Assembly (NCBI GenBank): GCA_951406725.2
Contig: OX597832.1
Span: forward strand, 9,672,001 to 9,736,000
Length of the DNA: 64,000 nt
Direction of reading: 5' to 3'
DNA from: Octopus vulgaris
Taxonomy: Eukaryota
Shown here: piece after piece, positions 14,626 through 30,201 of the stretch
Layout: each line of letters opens with the position of its first letter
Position numbering within the stretch: position 1 is the first letter of the stretch
Notes under the pieces: generated by a model
Databases searched by the model: none
The model's input: only the letters and a program-made list of their open reading frames with translations
Told to the model about the DNA's origin: nothing
Program-made: the position numbers and the translations under genes

Positions 14626-14828
14626 ACGGGAAGCTTTATGAAAATAAACAAAAGACGAAGGCAGGTGGAATACAAACAAACAATTGTATTAGTATGGCGC
14701 TCAGGAATATAAATAAAACAAGTCTTTTACGTGTCGAGCCTACGCTCTTCAACAGAAAGATACACAGAAAAGAAACACGGAGATAAACAAGGAGAGAAAA
14801 AAATGCGTGCAGAAGCTAGCGAATCAAC
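14626..14828 (-). mobile_element. Solo Penelope-type pLTR with degenerate hammerhead-like motif
   Basis: Flanked by (TA)n. Minus strand 14725-14757 reads CTGTTGAAGAGCGTAGGCTCGACACGTA: a CUGNNGA core variant, GAGC/GCUC stem II and a mutated GAAA. Confidence 0.6.
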
Positions 14829-14944
14829 ATATATATATATATGTATTAACATATATATACATACGTACATGCAAACATACGTACATAAATTTCTCTATGC
14901 ATGTGTGTGTGTGTGTGAGTTTGTGTATGTGTGTGGTAGAAATA

Positions 14945-15170
14945 AGGCGGTGAGCTGGCAGGAACGTTAGCATGCCGGGCAAAATGCTTAGTGGTATTTC
15001 GTCTTCTGCTACGTTCTGAGTTCAAATTCCGCGGAGGTCGACTTTGCCTTTCATCCTTTCGGGGTCGATTATATAATTACCAATTATGCACTGGGATCGA
15101 TATAATCGACTTAATCCGATTGTCTGTCCTTGTCTGTCCCCTCTGTGTGGACAGTAAAGAAATAAGAAAT
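14945..15170 (+). mobile_element. tRNA-derived SINE (octopus OK-like family)
   Basis: Head GGCGGTGAGCTGGCAG...GAGTTCAAATTCC (A/B boxes), body GTCGACTTTGCCTTTCATCCTTTCGGGGTCGAT, A-rich tail. Related decayed copies lie near 10480-10600(-), 36770-36860(+) and 45610-45730(-). Confidence 0.8.
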
Positions 15171-16231
15171 AAGTTTACATAAGCTATAATTGTGGCTGGT
15201 GACTTGCTAGACGCTGCAATTAATGTGAGAAGCGATGTGAATTCTTGAAATATGGATGGTATGAAACCGTTCGTTTTTAAAGAATGGCACATTTGGAACG
15301 ACTGCAAGAGAGGAAGAGAGAGAACTATGCTGAGACAGAGGGAGATAGGAAGTGAAATACGGGAGGGAGACAGATGTCAAAGTCTTTAAGTGAGAGTACT
15401 TAAACATTCATTGAAGAGCAATCACTTCTTTAGTCAGTGCCGCCATTGCTGTATTCTCTTATTGAAGTGAATTGTATTTTTCGATGAAGAACAATTATAT
15501 ATCTTAAATTCATTGATAAACTGTTATACTTTCCCGTTGAGAAAATATTGCAAGATATAAGTTAAATATAACAAATAATTAAGCAGAAAGAACCAAAGTA
15601 ATAAAACACAATTTAGCTGTCATTTTATACTAATTCAATCTGGCAGATTATATATGAATAAATAATATTAAAACACTTATAGATTTAATATTTTAAGAGA
15701 TTAAAACACTGAAGCAGATGTACAAATAGTAATCCTAATATAATTTTCTACTCACATAGTTTTAACGTTTTTGATATTTTCTAATACGTGTTGCCTAAAT
15801 CTCAAATGAGTCGATATAGTGCGAACCAAAATAATAATATGTATTCAAAGGACATGAAACATTTTTCTTTGCTCTTCTATGAAATTTTATAGAACAACGT
15901 ATCATTTTAGGAATTTTAGGTATCACATACAGGATAAAACATGGGGATATTTTGGATGTAGTGTGCAAGAATTATAATGCCTATCCATAGGTTCGATTCT
16001 GTTCGTCGGAGAAATTCCCACGATATCTCTGAAAGTGAAGAATACGCAACATACTTATAAAAAGAATATGCATTGTTGCAAATTGATTTTCATAATTATG
16101 GGAAGGCAAGTAGGCATTTGTGACTGATTAGCGCCCATGTTTACATATTTATTTTAATGTCAACCTTTGTAGGAAAGCTAACTTGTGATGGAATTCTTAG
16201 ATGCGATGCATGTAAATGTACATACATACAA

Positions 16232-17121
16232 ATATGGGGTGCGATGATTAAGCTGCCGTCTAAATTACGGAAAAATGAAAATAATGCTGGCATCGCATTT
16301 TAACAGATATATTCGCCAAATTTGCATAAAAATATTTTGAAATATTAAATAATAAATATATTCAATAAAATCGCCATTGGCTTCAACCACGGCATCCAGA
16401 TGACTTCGGAATTTCCTGCAATTCTTCTGGATAGTCTCCTGGTTTAAGTTGGAGAATGCTGCCGTAATCCTTGCCTTTTATATCATTGTTGGTGTTATAA
16501 GGAGTTTTGTTGGTCTCTCGCTTAACTGCTCTCCACACATAATCAAGTGGGTTTTCAGCCTGGGGAGTTATGCGACCAGATGTTAGGGGTGATGTAGTTA
16601 CATAAAATAATCTAGCAGACAAGAATTGGTAATCCAGCTTGTGGGACATGGTGCAGACGCTTGTTGCCAGAGATAAGATCTTCAAACAGCCCCCCTCTTA
16701 ATTCAGGTCAGCACTAATTCCTCAAGATACTTGATGTAGGCCTCCGTGTTGAGGTTGAGTCTCTGCGGGAAGGTGAATGGAGACATAGCATCACCATCAC
16801 TAGTGCTCACAACAAACAGCATGATGTTGACTGGGTGTTTGATTTTTATCACTTTCGGTACATGTCCTCAGATTGCACTGTCCTCAGATTCACATTCAAA
16901 CAATCTGAGTTGTTCGTAATGGACATTTAGGCGAGAATGGCAAGCAATACAGCATGTTTCCAAATTTCTGACAGAGTGAATCGCATCACGGTACTGGTTT
17001 TCACTTAGACGGTGCCCAATTGACCCTACTATATTGTGTAGTTGACAAAATCAAAAAGAAACATGCGTATGCGCGAAACTAAAAGTATAATATGGCAACA
17101 ATTTATCGGTCACATCCCGGA
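16232..17121 (-). mobile_element. Decayed Tc1/mariner element of maT (Bmmar1-like, DD37D) type
   Basis: Minus-strand remnants KHPVNIMLFV..SDGDAMSPFTFPQRLNLNTEAYIK and NPLDYVWRAVKRETNKTP...LEAVVEANGDFIE. Imperfect TIRs GGGGTGCGATGATTAAGCTGCC / GGCAACAATTTATCGGTCACATCCCG. Confidence 0.8.
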
Positions 17122-17406
17122 TATATTAATGTGTGGGCAAAAATACATAAGACCGTGCCTTATTTTAATGATATATGTATATTTGTGAATATTGATCAGA
17201 GCACGTAAAAGAGGTCAATGTCTGACTTTTGCTTTAAAAGATATCTATAGCAGCACCTGACAAAAACAATCATAACTTTCATGAGGATATCATGAGGATA
17301 TCATGAGGATATCAAAATCTATTTTACTGTCATTTTATGTATACCTCCAATTTTGAAACTCTAATTATCCAAAGCAGATATAAACATGAGATTTTATTGC
17401 ACAAAT

Positions 17407-17461
<55 letters not shown>

Positions 17462-17469
17462 AGAGAGAG

Positions 17470-17500
<31 letters not shown>

Positions 17501-17929
17501 TACACACAGTAAGTTTTTTTACTTTTATTTATAATTTCAGCAACTGTACTCTGGTCCCTTTCTTTCTCTCTACCCCTCTAAAAACACCTTTATTTTCCGT
17601 TTCTCCACCTTCTTTGCTGTCCCCTGTCTGTGTTTCTTTCACCATTTACTATCTTTCATTCCTTCTCCCTTCTCTTCATTCCTCTTCTTTCTTTCCCTCA
17701 ACGTCTCTCTTGTCTCTCCTCTCTTCTTCCTGTGTGTTCCCACGTGACTACTGGCCAATTTCTTCATCTCTATCTTTTCTGGACGTGACTCCTACTTAGC
17801 TGGACGTCCTTTTTTCTCACTCCATTTTTTGTCCTCATTTTTTCTTTTACTATTTTCCTGTATTTATTCTATATATCCTTTCAAAATTCCTCCCAGGCAT
17901 TACCCATTGCAAAGCGTCTTGGTATAACG

Positions 17930-20565
<2,636 letters not shown>

Positions 20566-21348
20566 ATTTTGATTCACAGGATTTTTTAATAGTTTTAGCA
20601 TATACATATACATAAATATCAACATTTAAAGACGCATATTTATTCATGCCTTTGCTCCTATCTACCTAACTGTATGAATTTCTGTGCTTTTTTTTTTTTT
20701 TTTCATTTTTCGGTATGTAGTTTTCCTACTTTAGTCAGAGCTTTGCTAGAAGACTATGGTAATTATTGAAAACTGAACTGAAGTAGCTGGTTAATTAATG
20801 TATAAAATTGATATTGACTTAATTATATTTTCTCACGTTGTTCACTGTAATAAATTGCTGCAGTGTGCATCTCGCCTTTTCATAATTTATTTACGTGCAT
20901 TATAAAGACAAACGTGAAATTAATAAATGAAAATAGAAATGAAAAATTAAGTAGCTATAGGAAATAAATACGCAGAGAAAACGAATAGCAACATACGCAT
21001 GAACATACTATAGCATTCAGCTATACAAAATAGGGATAACTCTTTTTATTACTCTAGTCTTGAAGCTGATATTTGTGTTTAATTTAATCTCTTGTTTCTT
21101 ATTCTTAGCAAAATATTTCGTAAATGATAAATAAATTTAGAATTGAATCGTAAGAATTCGCATTATATGTGCAGACTCTCAAATGGAGATTTAGACATCT
21201 GTTTGACACACTCATTCCTATACCTATATATATTTTCATGTGTGTCTATGTGTGTGTATATACGTGTGTGCGTACCTGTGTCTGTATATATTAAAATGTA
21301 TATATATATATATATATATATACAAATATGTATATACATATATATGCA

Positions 21349-21393
<45 letters not shown>

Positions 21394-21407
21394 ATACATA
21401 TGTGTCG

Positions 21408-21446
<39 letters not shown>

Positions 21447-23454
21447 AGTGTGTGTATGTATGTATAAATATTGATAGATTGATATAGATATAGATATATA
21501 TATTTCTAAATATATATTCACACACACAAAAACAAATACGAACATACGCACAAGACACAGACGCAGGAACATACACACACAAGACACACACACACACACA
21601 CACACGCACACACACACACATGTATATCTCGTTCGGAAATTATATTGAAATAAATTGCAGCTTTACTGTAATAAATCTATTAATTTCATTTGGAAATTTC
21701 AGTGTCATTTTGATTTTTGTTTCTCTGTTTTTAGAGATAATTGCATTTCTTTATTTTCTTACATTGTTTAAAATTCTTTAGTCAGCTTTAAGTATGAAAT
21801 ATTACAATATAAACTTATAATTGGATTCGCCATATTTTAGTGCCTGATTTTGTGGGCATAAAGAACATAGAAAACAATTAATATTGATTCTTCATTTTAT
21901 TTTTATTAGTTAGTTATCTTCTCCGACATTTTAATCTAAGCATTTAATTTTTATTTTCAGTTCAGAAAAATGTTAGTTTTGTATCGTTCGTTAGGCACAA
22001 ATTGAGGTGACCTGTAAAATAATCAACATCACGATACTTGTCAATGAAACTGTGAAAAATTCAATATAGGAATAGTATACGCTGGGCAATGAGAGAGGGA
22101 GAGACTACTCTGTATATTAGGCTGTTAAAAGTAGCCTGAAATGTGTGTGTTCTGTGCAGAGTTAAAGAAAAGGAACCAACAGTTGCTGACGTATTGTTAT
22201 GCACTTTGAAAATGTTGGCGTAGTGCAACTGGAATTATTTTAGTCATGCGTCATATATATCAAGAGCAATTAAAGGGTAACAATCAATAACCTTATATAC
22301 CTTTCGTCGCTGTACTGTGGCATATTTAAGTCAGAAAGCTGTAGACGCATAGAGCAGTGGACCCGGTACTAAATACCTCGTGTTCTAATCTCGAACCGCT
22401 ATGTTACGTTGATTAAGTTCACCAACATATATATGCACACGTGTATGATGAGTTACTTTCAGTTTCCGCGCTGGATATCCACTCAGACGTTTAAGTTCGT
22501 TTGGGCTACAGTAGAAGATATATTCCGATGATGCGACACAGTGGTGCGGAACCCAGAACCATTTGGTTGAGAAGTAAAATCTTCCCGAGATAGCTATGTA
22601 TTAACTCAGTATTATTCATACAATTTGCAATCTTATGCCATTTGTATGAACATAGTTATATTTAGCTATTACACAGTTTGTAATCCAACGAAAATAATTT
22701 AATTGTAGATAATCAACATGCATGTATCTAACATTGGAAGGTCATGATCTCACAGCACAACATGATGAAAGGCTGTGTGTGCGTTTAAATTAATCCACAC
22801 AGTCATTAAATTAATGCCAATATATTCAATGAGGTGACCATCATCAGTCTAATTTGAAAGAGAAAAAGATAACTTGGCCTTAATCACCTGAACTCAGGTC
22901 ATGATTACTTTCACTAAACCTTTTTTAATTAGTGCTCCAGCCAGATATTCATTCGCTTATGATGAATGATAGCAGATAAACGCGTTTGGAATGCATACCG
23001 AAATGAATAAATGAATATTTACCATTGAGACAATGTTTGTCCAACACTGCGTAGTTAATATTAATTTTCTTACGTACAGAACATTAAATACACCGAGTCT
23101 AATTTCATTGAATGGCTCTGATTGAATGGATTCTCGAAGAAACTACGCAAAGTTATACATTATTTTAGATGCATTAATTGTACACGAATACGATTGTAAA
23201 TGTTTTACAGGTATTAAAGTAAAACATTAACACGTTCTTTAAATTCTCTATTATAAAACTACACATAATTTGATATATCGAAGTAGGAGATTCGTTGCTG
23301 ACATGATTGCAATATTTACGTTTCTTCAGTGCAAACACTCTTATAATTAGAAATTTCGCGGCTCATATTGAAGGTGATGTCTGCAATAGATTTCCGTTGG
23401 CCAAAGACTTGTGATCTAGATTTGGCTGATGGAAAGATTTTGAAATTAAACACA

Positions 23455-23493
<39 letters not shown>

Positions 23494-23541
23494 ACATATG
23501 TATAAAACTGTCTCTCACGCAATCTTACTCTCACTCTCTCA

Positions 23542-23646
<105 letters not shown>

Positions 23647-26429
23647 AAGAAAATTGAGAATACATACACAGAATGATGGATGTTTATTATAGCAGTCAGT
23701 TCATGTTGCCTACGTGCGTTTCGATTTATTATTTAAATCCATATTTATGCTATTAAATCGCATTATAAATTTGAAAAATCAAAATCCTTCACCAGGGCAA
23801 ATTTGACTGTCATCAATATAAAACTCGACTGTTACCTTTTCTCACATCCTAACGGTTGGATAGTTCATACTAATTCAATCGTAGAATGTGAGTCTTGGAT
23901 TCAGTTCTAAAAATAGCTAGAAGTTGATTTTGACCTCACTGGATAAGGGATAGGCATAGTTCAGAAGAACTAGGTCATGTCACTCATCACCCTTTTGAGT
24001 CTTACAAGCTATCTTTTTACTGGCAAGCCATTTATCTTTATCTCTCTTCAGCATGTCTGTAAACACATTCCTCATTGACTATGTAAGTTTATAAACTTGC
24101 CTACACTATTTGTATATAATTATATATAGCTTTATATGTACATATGTATATATAGGTTTATAAACTTGCATTTACCTTTGTATAATATTCACCATATTTA
24201 TTTGTGTTCACAATTATTGGTAAAAAATAGTTCTAGGTGTGTACTTATTTGCTACTTTCACTTATTTAGTTTTTTGTCTGTTATTATTGAAAGACGTTAC
24301 ATTAGTTATTAAAGTAATTGTCTATGTTGATATATTAATTGATAATTTCGTTTCGTACATATACTGGACTATTTAATTAATGGTATAGAAGAATGTTGGC
24401 ATATACACAGTGAGTACTTTCACCGAAAATCAGTAAATCCAAAAGAAAGTATATTTAACTTTAAGAACATAGGTTATTATTGTATCATTCAAACAAAGTG
24501 TATTTTAATTAAATTTATCTAAAACCAATAAATATATATTTCTAAATTTATGAATTGACAAAAACCCAATAAATATATATTCTTTTAATTTTATGAACAG
24601 ACAATATCACCTACCCCTATAATTATTAGTGTAATTTATTCATATATATATTAGATGAAAATGTGGGTTCCTACATTAGTCGTCTGTTTAATTAATAGTG
24701 TAGAATTACGATTCTTGTGTATCATATACACGGTGTTTACTTTTTAACTGAAACTATTGAAATTCAATGATCACTCTTCGAGGTCATCCATGTTTCTTAA
24801 TAACAAACCAAATTACAACACGCTATTCTATTAAACAGAGTAAACGTGTATATATATTTCCGAAAGGTTTTCTGAAATCTATGAACACTGCATATATAGC
24901 TATGTTCTGTTCAATGAATTTTTTCTGAATTTGGTGAAGACACCCAGGTAAGAATTTTCGACAGATATACACTTTTACTGTGTTTAATAGTATATGAGTC
25001 AAGAGCTACCCACTAAGAGACATATACCTTGGTTTTCGCCGTCCGCTCTAAAACCCAATTTTCTAGATATGAACGATGCCTGCCCCTTGTAGACCTGTGG
25101 AACCGTTTCCGTCTCTCAGATTTGTTGCACAATACTATATAAGTTTTCAATAAGCTTCAGGCCTAGATGCTTTCAGATTTCAACAGATATGGCGTATCTA
25201 TCAGGAGTTTTACAACTCTTTCATTTGTCTGATTACATAATTCAATTCTTTGTTAATAGGTTTGCAATCTAAAGACTGAATAGTTTGCTGCTGTGTAATC
25301 CTCTTGGAGGCAGGATAGTCCACGCCTCGAATATTAAGCAGGCTGTCAAAATGGCTGGTAAATCTCAGACATAATCTCTAAAGTGTTGTTTTCCGTCCGC
25401 AGCTACTCACAAGATAGACATTACAACCTCCCCCAGTAAGATGCCAACGTAATTTTTATTTCAACAATCCACTTAACAACCATGCACAATAAACCCATAC
25501 AACACGAAGTAATTACCAACGACGGCCCTCTAAATCATCACATCCGAACATGATATATAAAGACGCACTTTTCACTCCTCTCCCAATAATCTGCACCATT
25601 AATCACAACAGAGAATTACACAGCACCATGACACAGCTAGTTGATGACAGCTACTGTACCAAGCATCTCAGACACGTTTTAGACCCAGTACAGAGACACT
25701 GGGATAATTGATATACAGGAGAAACCAAAAGTGACCAAATTCATCAATCGAACACACAAACAACTAATACCAAAGAACTAACACACACAGAACTAACATA
25801 CTCTCCAAACTTTACACGCACCCAACAATGTCCAAACAACAACGGTATGAAAGAAAACGTCGTGGAATATTTCTACAACGTTCTCTACGACTCAATATCC
25901 ACGACATCCCAAACTAAAGAATGGATTACAAATAAAAGCCCTACCATACATATCCACACAGAACCCCCTAGACAATGAGGCCTTCGACACCATCCTGAAG
26001 AACAATGCTTTACTAAAAATGGACCATAGTTTGAATCAAATTCTCCAAACACACATCAGCCTAAGGAGCCAAATACAGTCCACGTCAATGAAAATTATTC
26101 TAAAACAAGCCCAAGTACACTCGTCAAATTCGATCCGAGAGTAAAATAATGGGGAGGATATAATTGTAGTACATGTGTCAACTTAATTGGGAGATTGTGG
26201 TTCTGCTTTAAACAGAGTCAACGTTTAATACAGAAAAAAAACTTTACACGTGCTTCGAAAAACCTGGTATAAGTATTAACTTGCTCAGGGTGTCGAGAGC
26301 AATATATTAACCAACTAAAAACGGTCTAAGCAAGAGTATGACCGTACATTGTTCCCAGACTGAAAAGCGGGAATACAGAAACATTTCAGTTGCTAATGGC
26401 TGAAAATGTCATTATCATAACTGTTAAAC

Positions 26430-26525
26430 ATGTGGACTCTTAAATACATTGACACTTAACTCGATTAATTTAAAAACCCTAAACTACTACGTCATGGATG
26501 ACGTTGAGAGACAAACAAAAGCAAA
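26430..26525 (+). pseudogene. Small maT/Tc1 transposase relic
   Basis: LTLNSINLKTLNYYVMDDVERQT resembles WPPNSPDLNPLDYYVWGVVERET. Confidence 0.5.
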
Positions 26526-26550
26526 TTTACCTTCGCTACCAGAACTCTAC

Positions 26551-26654
<104 letters not shown>

Positions 26655-27004
26655 CTAAGCAGGAACAGGAGAAAATGTTGTAGCGGGAAAAAAACACCGG
26701 ATGGACCGTGCACGCATGTGGCTATATGACGTAGGGCACTGTAGGACCACCCACGTTAAACTGGTAAAAGACGGCTGCCGTGGTGCCCTGTGGTAAACTA
26801 TTTTAGAAACCACAGCGCCTAGGTTTTGCACACACATACACCCACACACACATATGTGGTTGGATGCATGGACGGATGGATGGAGGAAATTGCAGCAATA
26901 GATGTGTGAATATACGTATGCATGTATTTATGTATGTATGTATGTATGTATGTATATATATATATATGTATATATATATGTATATATATATGTATATATA
27001 TATG

Positions 27005-27036
<32 letters not shown>

Positions 27037-27687
27037 TATATATGTATGTATATTCATGTATATGAGTATGAGTTTATATATGCATTTTCATGTATACATG
27101 TGTTTACGTGCATATAATTCTTTTGATTCTTGTCTATTTATATGTATATGTATGAGCATGTATGTAAGTATGCATGTATGTATATGTATGTGTATGTATC
27201 TATATATGTATACATATATAATATTCGCTTATAAATAAATGATTGCATTTCAGTGCAATGTCTGCTGCCAAAATAAATCAGTAACAAACAGATATATGAA
27301 AATAAGAGGAAATAAGCAACATGAATCATAAATCATAAGTTATGCAAAAAAATGATAACATTAATTATTTTGATGCAAACTTTAGTGTAAAAACAGAAAG
27401 AAAAAATAATAATAATATCTCAATATATTCAAGCATAATAGCGGAATATACAAAAACTAAATGAATCCTGAAAATCTATGAGATACAAATCGTTATTGAT
27501 GCAGTTAATGTGCACAAAGAAGAAAATGGAGAATATGTTGTAAATTACAGTAATAATTGTTTCGAAGAATGTTAGTCAACTTATACAAATTTTCTGCGCA
27601 ATATCTATTATATGCAAACTGTTGTGAAGCAGTCCAACCTAAAAATAAAACATGAAGAATTTATAATGGTAAACCATAAAATATGAT

Positions 27688-27787
27688 NNNNNNNNNNNNN
27701 NNNNNNNNNNNNNNNNNNNNNNNNNNNNNNNNNNNNNNNNNNNNNNNNNNNNNNNNNNNNNNNNNNNNNNNNNNNNNNNNNNNNNNN
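27688..27787. other. Assembly gap (100 N)
   Basis: Run of exactly 100 N. Confidence 1.
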
Positions 27788-28214
27788 CGGTGAAATGAGT
27801 TCAGACAAATGACACTCAGTGCATTATATAGGGTCGAATAAAAGGAACATGGATAATATAAATGAGCGTTTGGTGATATGCCAAATTTATAGAGCCCTGG
27901 GCCGTATGCTGTTCAAGAATACTGGATATAGAAGCTAACAGCGCTCAAGGAACGGGAAGTAGAACGTCTACATATGTATTTGCAGGAAGACTCTGTAACC
28001 AGCATCATTATGATGACGGTGATAGTGATGACGATTATGACAATCATAATGATTGTGACGTTGATGCCTTGATGCTGATGCCTTGATGCAATACTAGGCA
28101 GTGGCTCTCGTGGCTTCTGATATAACCGATTAGATATAGTTTCATGTACAAGATTTGAATTGGTATAAAAGATGGGCTACGATATCCCAGCCTGACTTGA
28201 ATTAATCATGTTAA

Positions 28215-29140
28215 ATGGATAAATAACAAGGATTAGTGCCCGAAAATCGATTTGATAGCGTTTCTATGTCTGGAAGCAATAGAGTAAGGGGTCTCATAAG
28301 CTGCAAAAATTGTGTTGCCAACGAGAAAAATAATCTGGTATGGTACATCGAACAGCTGAGTGGATCATTGTTTGTCGCTGTAAGAAATAATAACGCAATA
28401 CCTACTGCAAATGTAATGCAACGAAAAGCATTTAAGAAACAAGATGAAAAACTGAGAATAAACATTTGGCAATGAAAACAATCCATGGGCAATACCTCCG
28501 AGAAATGAAGGGGTAAGACGAAAACCATCACGTTTCAGATGTCTAAGGAATAGTGACCTGAAAGATGCATTGCGACACTGATATGCAGCGCCCAAGGTCT
28601 TTGAGAACTAATTACAACATTTCCCAGATAAATAAGTACAGTGAGTCGCACCATTGCAGGATGTATCGCAGCAAAAAGTAGGCAAACTCTCACATATTGT
28701 GAATGAATGTGGTAGCCTAGTCCACACGAAATGAGGCATGAAAACTTGGCTAAATGTATTCTGGCGGCTGTATGAAAAGTACGGTCTGGGCATAGCATGG
28801 AAATGGTGCAAACATGAACCAGAGGGCGTCACTGAGAACAAGGAATATAAAATCCTGCAGGATTTTACAATCTGATTTAGCCCCCAACTAGATGCTCAGA
28901 GATAAGACATTGTTGATGTGGGTGATAACAGATAGACTGAAATCAAGATTATAGATATTGCTACACCTGCAGATGCATGTGTAGATGACAAATAACTGGA
29001 AAGAGAGGGAGAAATGTAGACTATTATAAGACGAAATTGCAAGAATGCAGGCAATAAGGAAAGTAACTTATATCTCCGTAGTTGTGGGAGGAAATGGAGC
29101 ACTAACAACCACGTTCAAGAGATATGTTGGACTCGGCACT
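28215..29140 (+). pseudogene. Decayed R4/Dong-type RLE retrotransposon fragment (family A)
   Basis: Frameshifted remnants RGLISC..CV..EKNNLVWY, CRMY..SHIVNECGSL, RHENLAK, KWCKHEPEGVTENKEYKILQDFTI, IIDIATPAD, i.e. the post-RT, CCHC, RHD and RLE regions. Confidence 0.8.
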
Positions 29141-29179
29141 GTTGGTGTCTATATACCCTGGAATCTATAAAACCTGCAG

Positions 29180-29712
29180 AAAAAAAAAAGAATTGTATAG
29201 GAAGATGCAGAAAAGCAACCATATACTGCGACATGCCAATATATACAGATAAAGAAATTAAGGCCAATTGGCCGGATATGGTTGTCAGAGACCATGAAGA
29301 AAATATGCTTTCTAATCGATGTATCATTACCAACAGATGACGACGTTTCTCTAAAAGAAATGGAGTGAGTTTAAAATACAAATACCTGAAAAGAGAGAGA
29401 ACTCGAACGTGGAGTCTAAAAACAAAATTAATTCCAATCAGGTTCATTAGGTATGATATTCAGACGAATGCATTCAGGAAAAGAAAAAATTAATATTCAG
29501 ACACACATATAACAAACACATCAGGACTAACAGACATATATGACATACAGAAAATAGCAATAGTAAGCTACTAAGCACCGCACACATCCTACGTATAACA
29601 TTTTCAATACAGTAACAACAAAAGCCTCACAACAAACCACAGCACATACCGAAGACACATAGAGCTGTGGTCGGTAGTGCAGCGAAAGCACGTGATAAAA
29701 ATAAGACTAATG
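29180..29712 (+). pseudogene. Decayed R4/Dong-type 3' fragment with 3' UTR (family B)
   Basis: DMPIYTDKEIKANWPDMVVRDHEE..IDVSLPTDDDVSLKEM..KYKYL..TWSLKTKLIPI is an RLE domain. The UTR ends ...ACTAATGAATAA and runs into the microsatellite. Confidence 0.8.
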
Positions 29713-29742
29713 AATAACAACAGCAACAACAACAACAAGAAC

Positions 29743-29826
<84 letters not shown>
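29713..29826. repeat. (CAA)/(TAA)n target tract
   Basis: Read directly. Confidence 0.95.
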
Positions 29827-29827
<1 letters not shown>

Positions 29828-29832
29828 TTTTT

Positions 29833-30133
29833 GCAAAAGCAAAAGGGGCTAACTCAGATACCAGGAAACCCCAAAATGGCAGACATTCAAAAGATAGTTC
29901 TCATTGGAATTGCTTATATCCCATGCAAAATAATTTCTATGTAATCTCAATTTTAAAACAAACAATTTTCCTATTGTTTTTTTAGGCATTCACTAGTACA
30001 ACTCTAAGTACAAAACCAAATATATAGCACCCTAGGCGTAACACCAACTCGAACTTCCAACTTGTTGTCTCTTGAGAACTCTGGGTGAGACTTGGAGCCA
30101 GCTTGTGCAAATGTATTGCAAAATTCAAACATA

Positions 30134-30135
<2 letters not shown>
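29833..30135 (+). mobile_element. Severely 5'-truncated 3' stub of the family C R4/Dong element
   Basis: Aligns by eye to 32117-32468 (GCAAAAGGGGCT...CTCAGATACCAGGAAACCC...AAACATAGAATAA); flanked by (TAA)n on both sides. Confidence 0.9.

Positions 30136-30200
<65 letters not shown>

Positions 30201-30201
<1 letters not shown>

Noticed and set aside
17278-17314. 11-bp unit CATGAGGATAT x3 (also 15-bp duplication at 32916-32947 and 21-bp duplication at 59380-59432)
   Set aside because: Simple slippage duplications without spacers; not CRISPR-like.
26690-26825. Possible hAT-type MITE end (GAAACCACAGCGCCTAG)
   Set aside because: No partner TIR or 8-bp TSD found.
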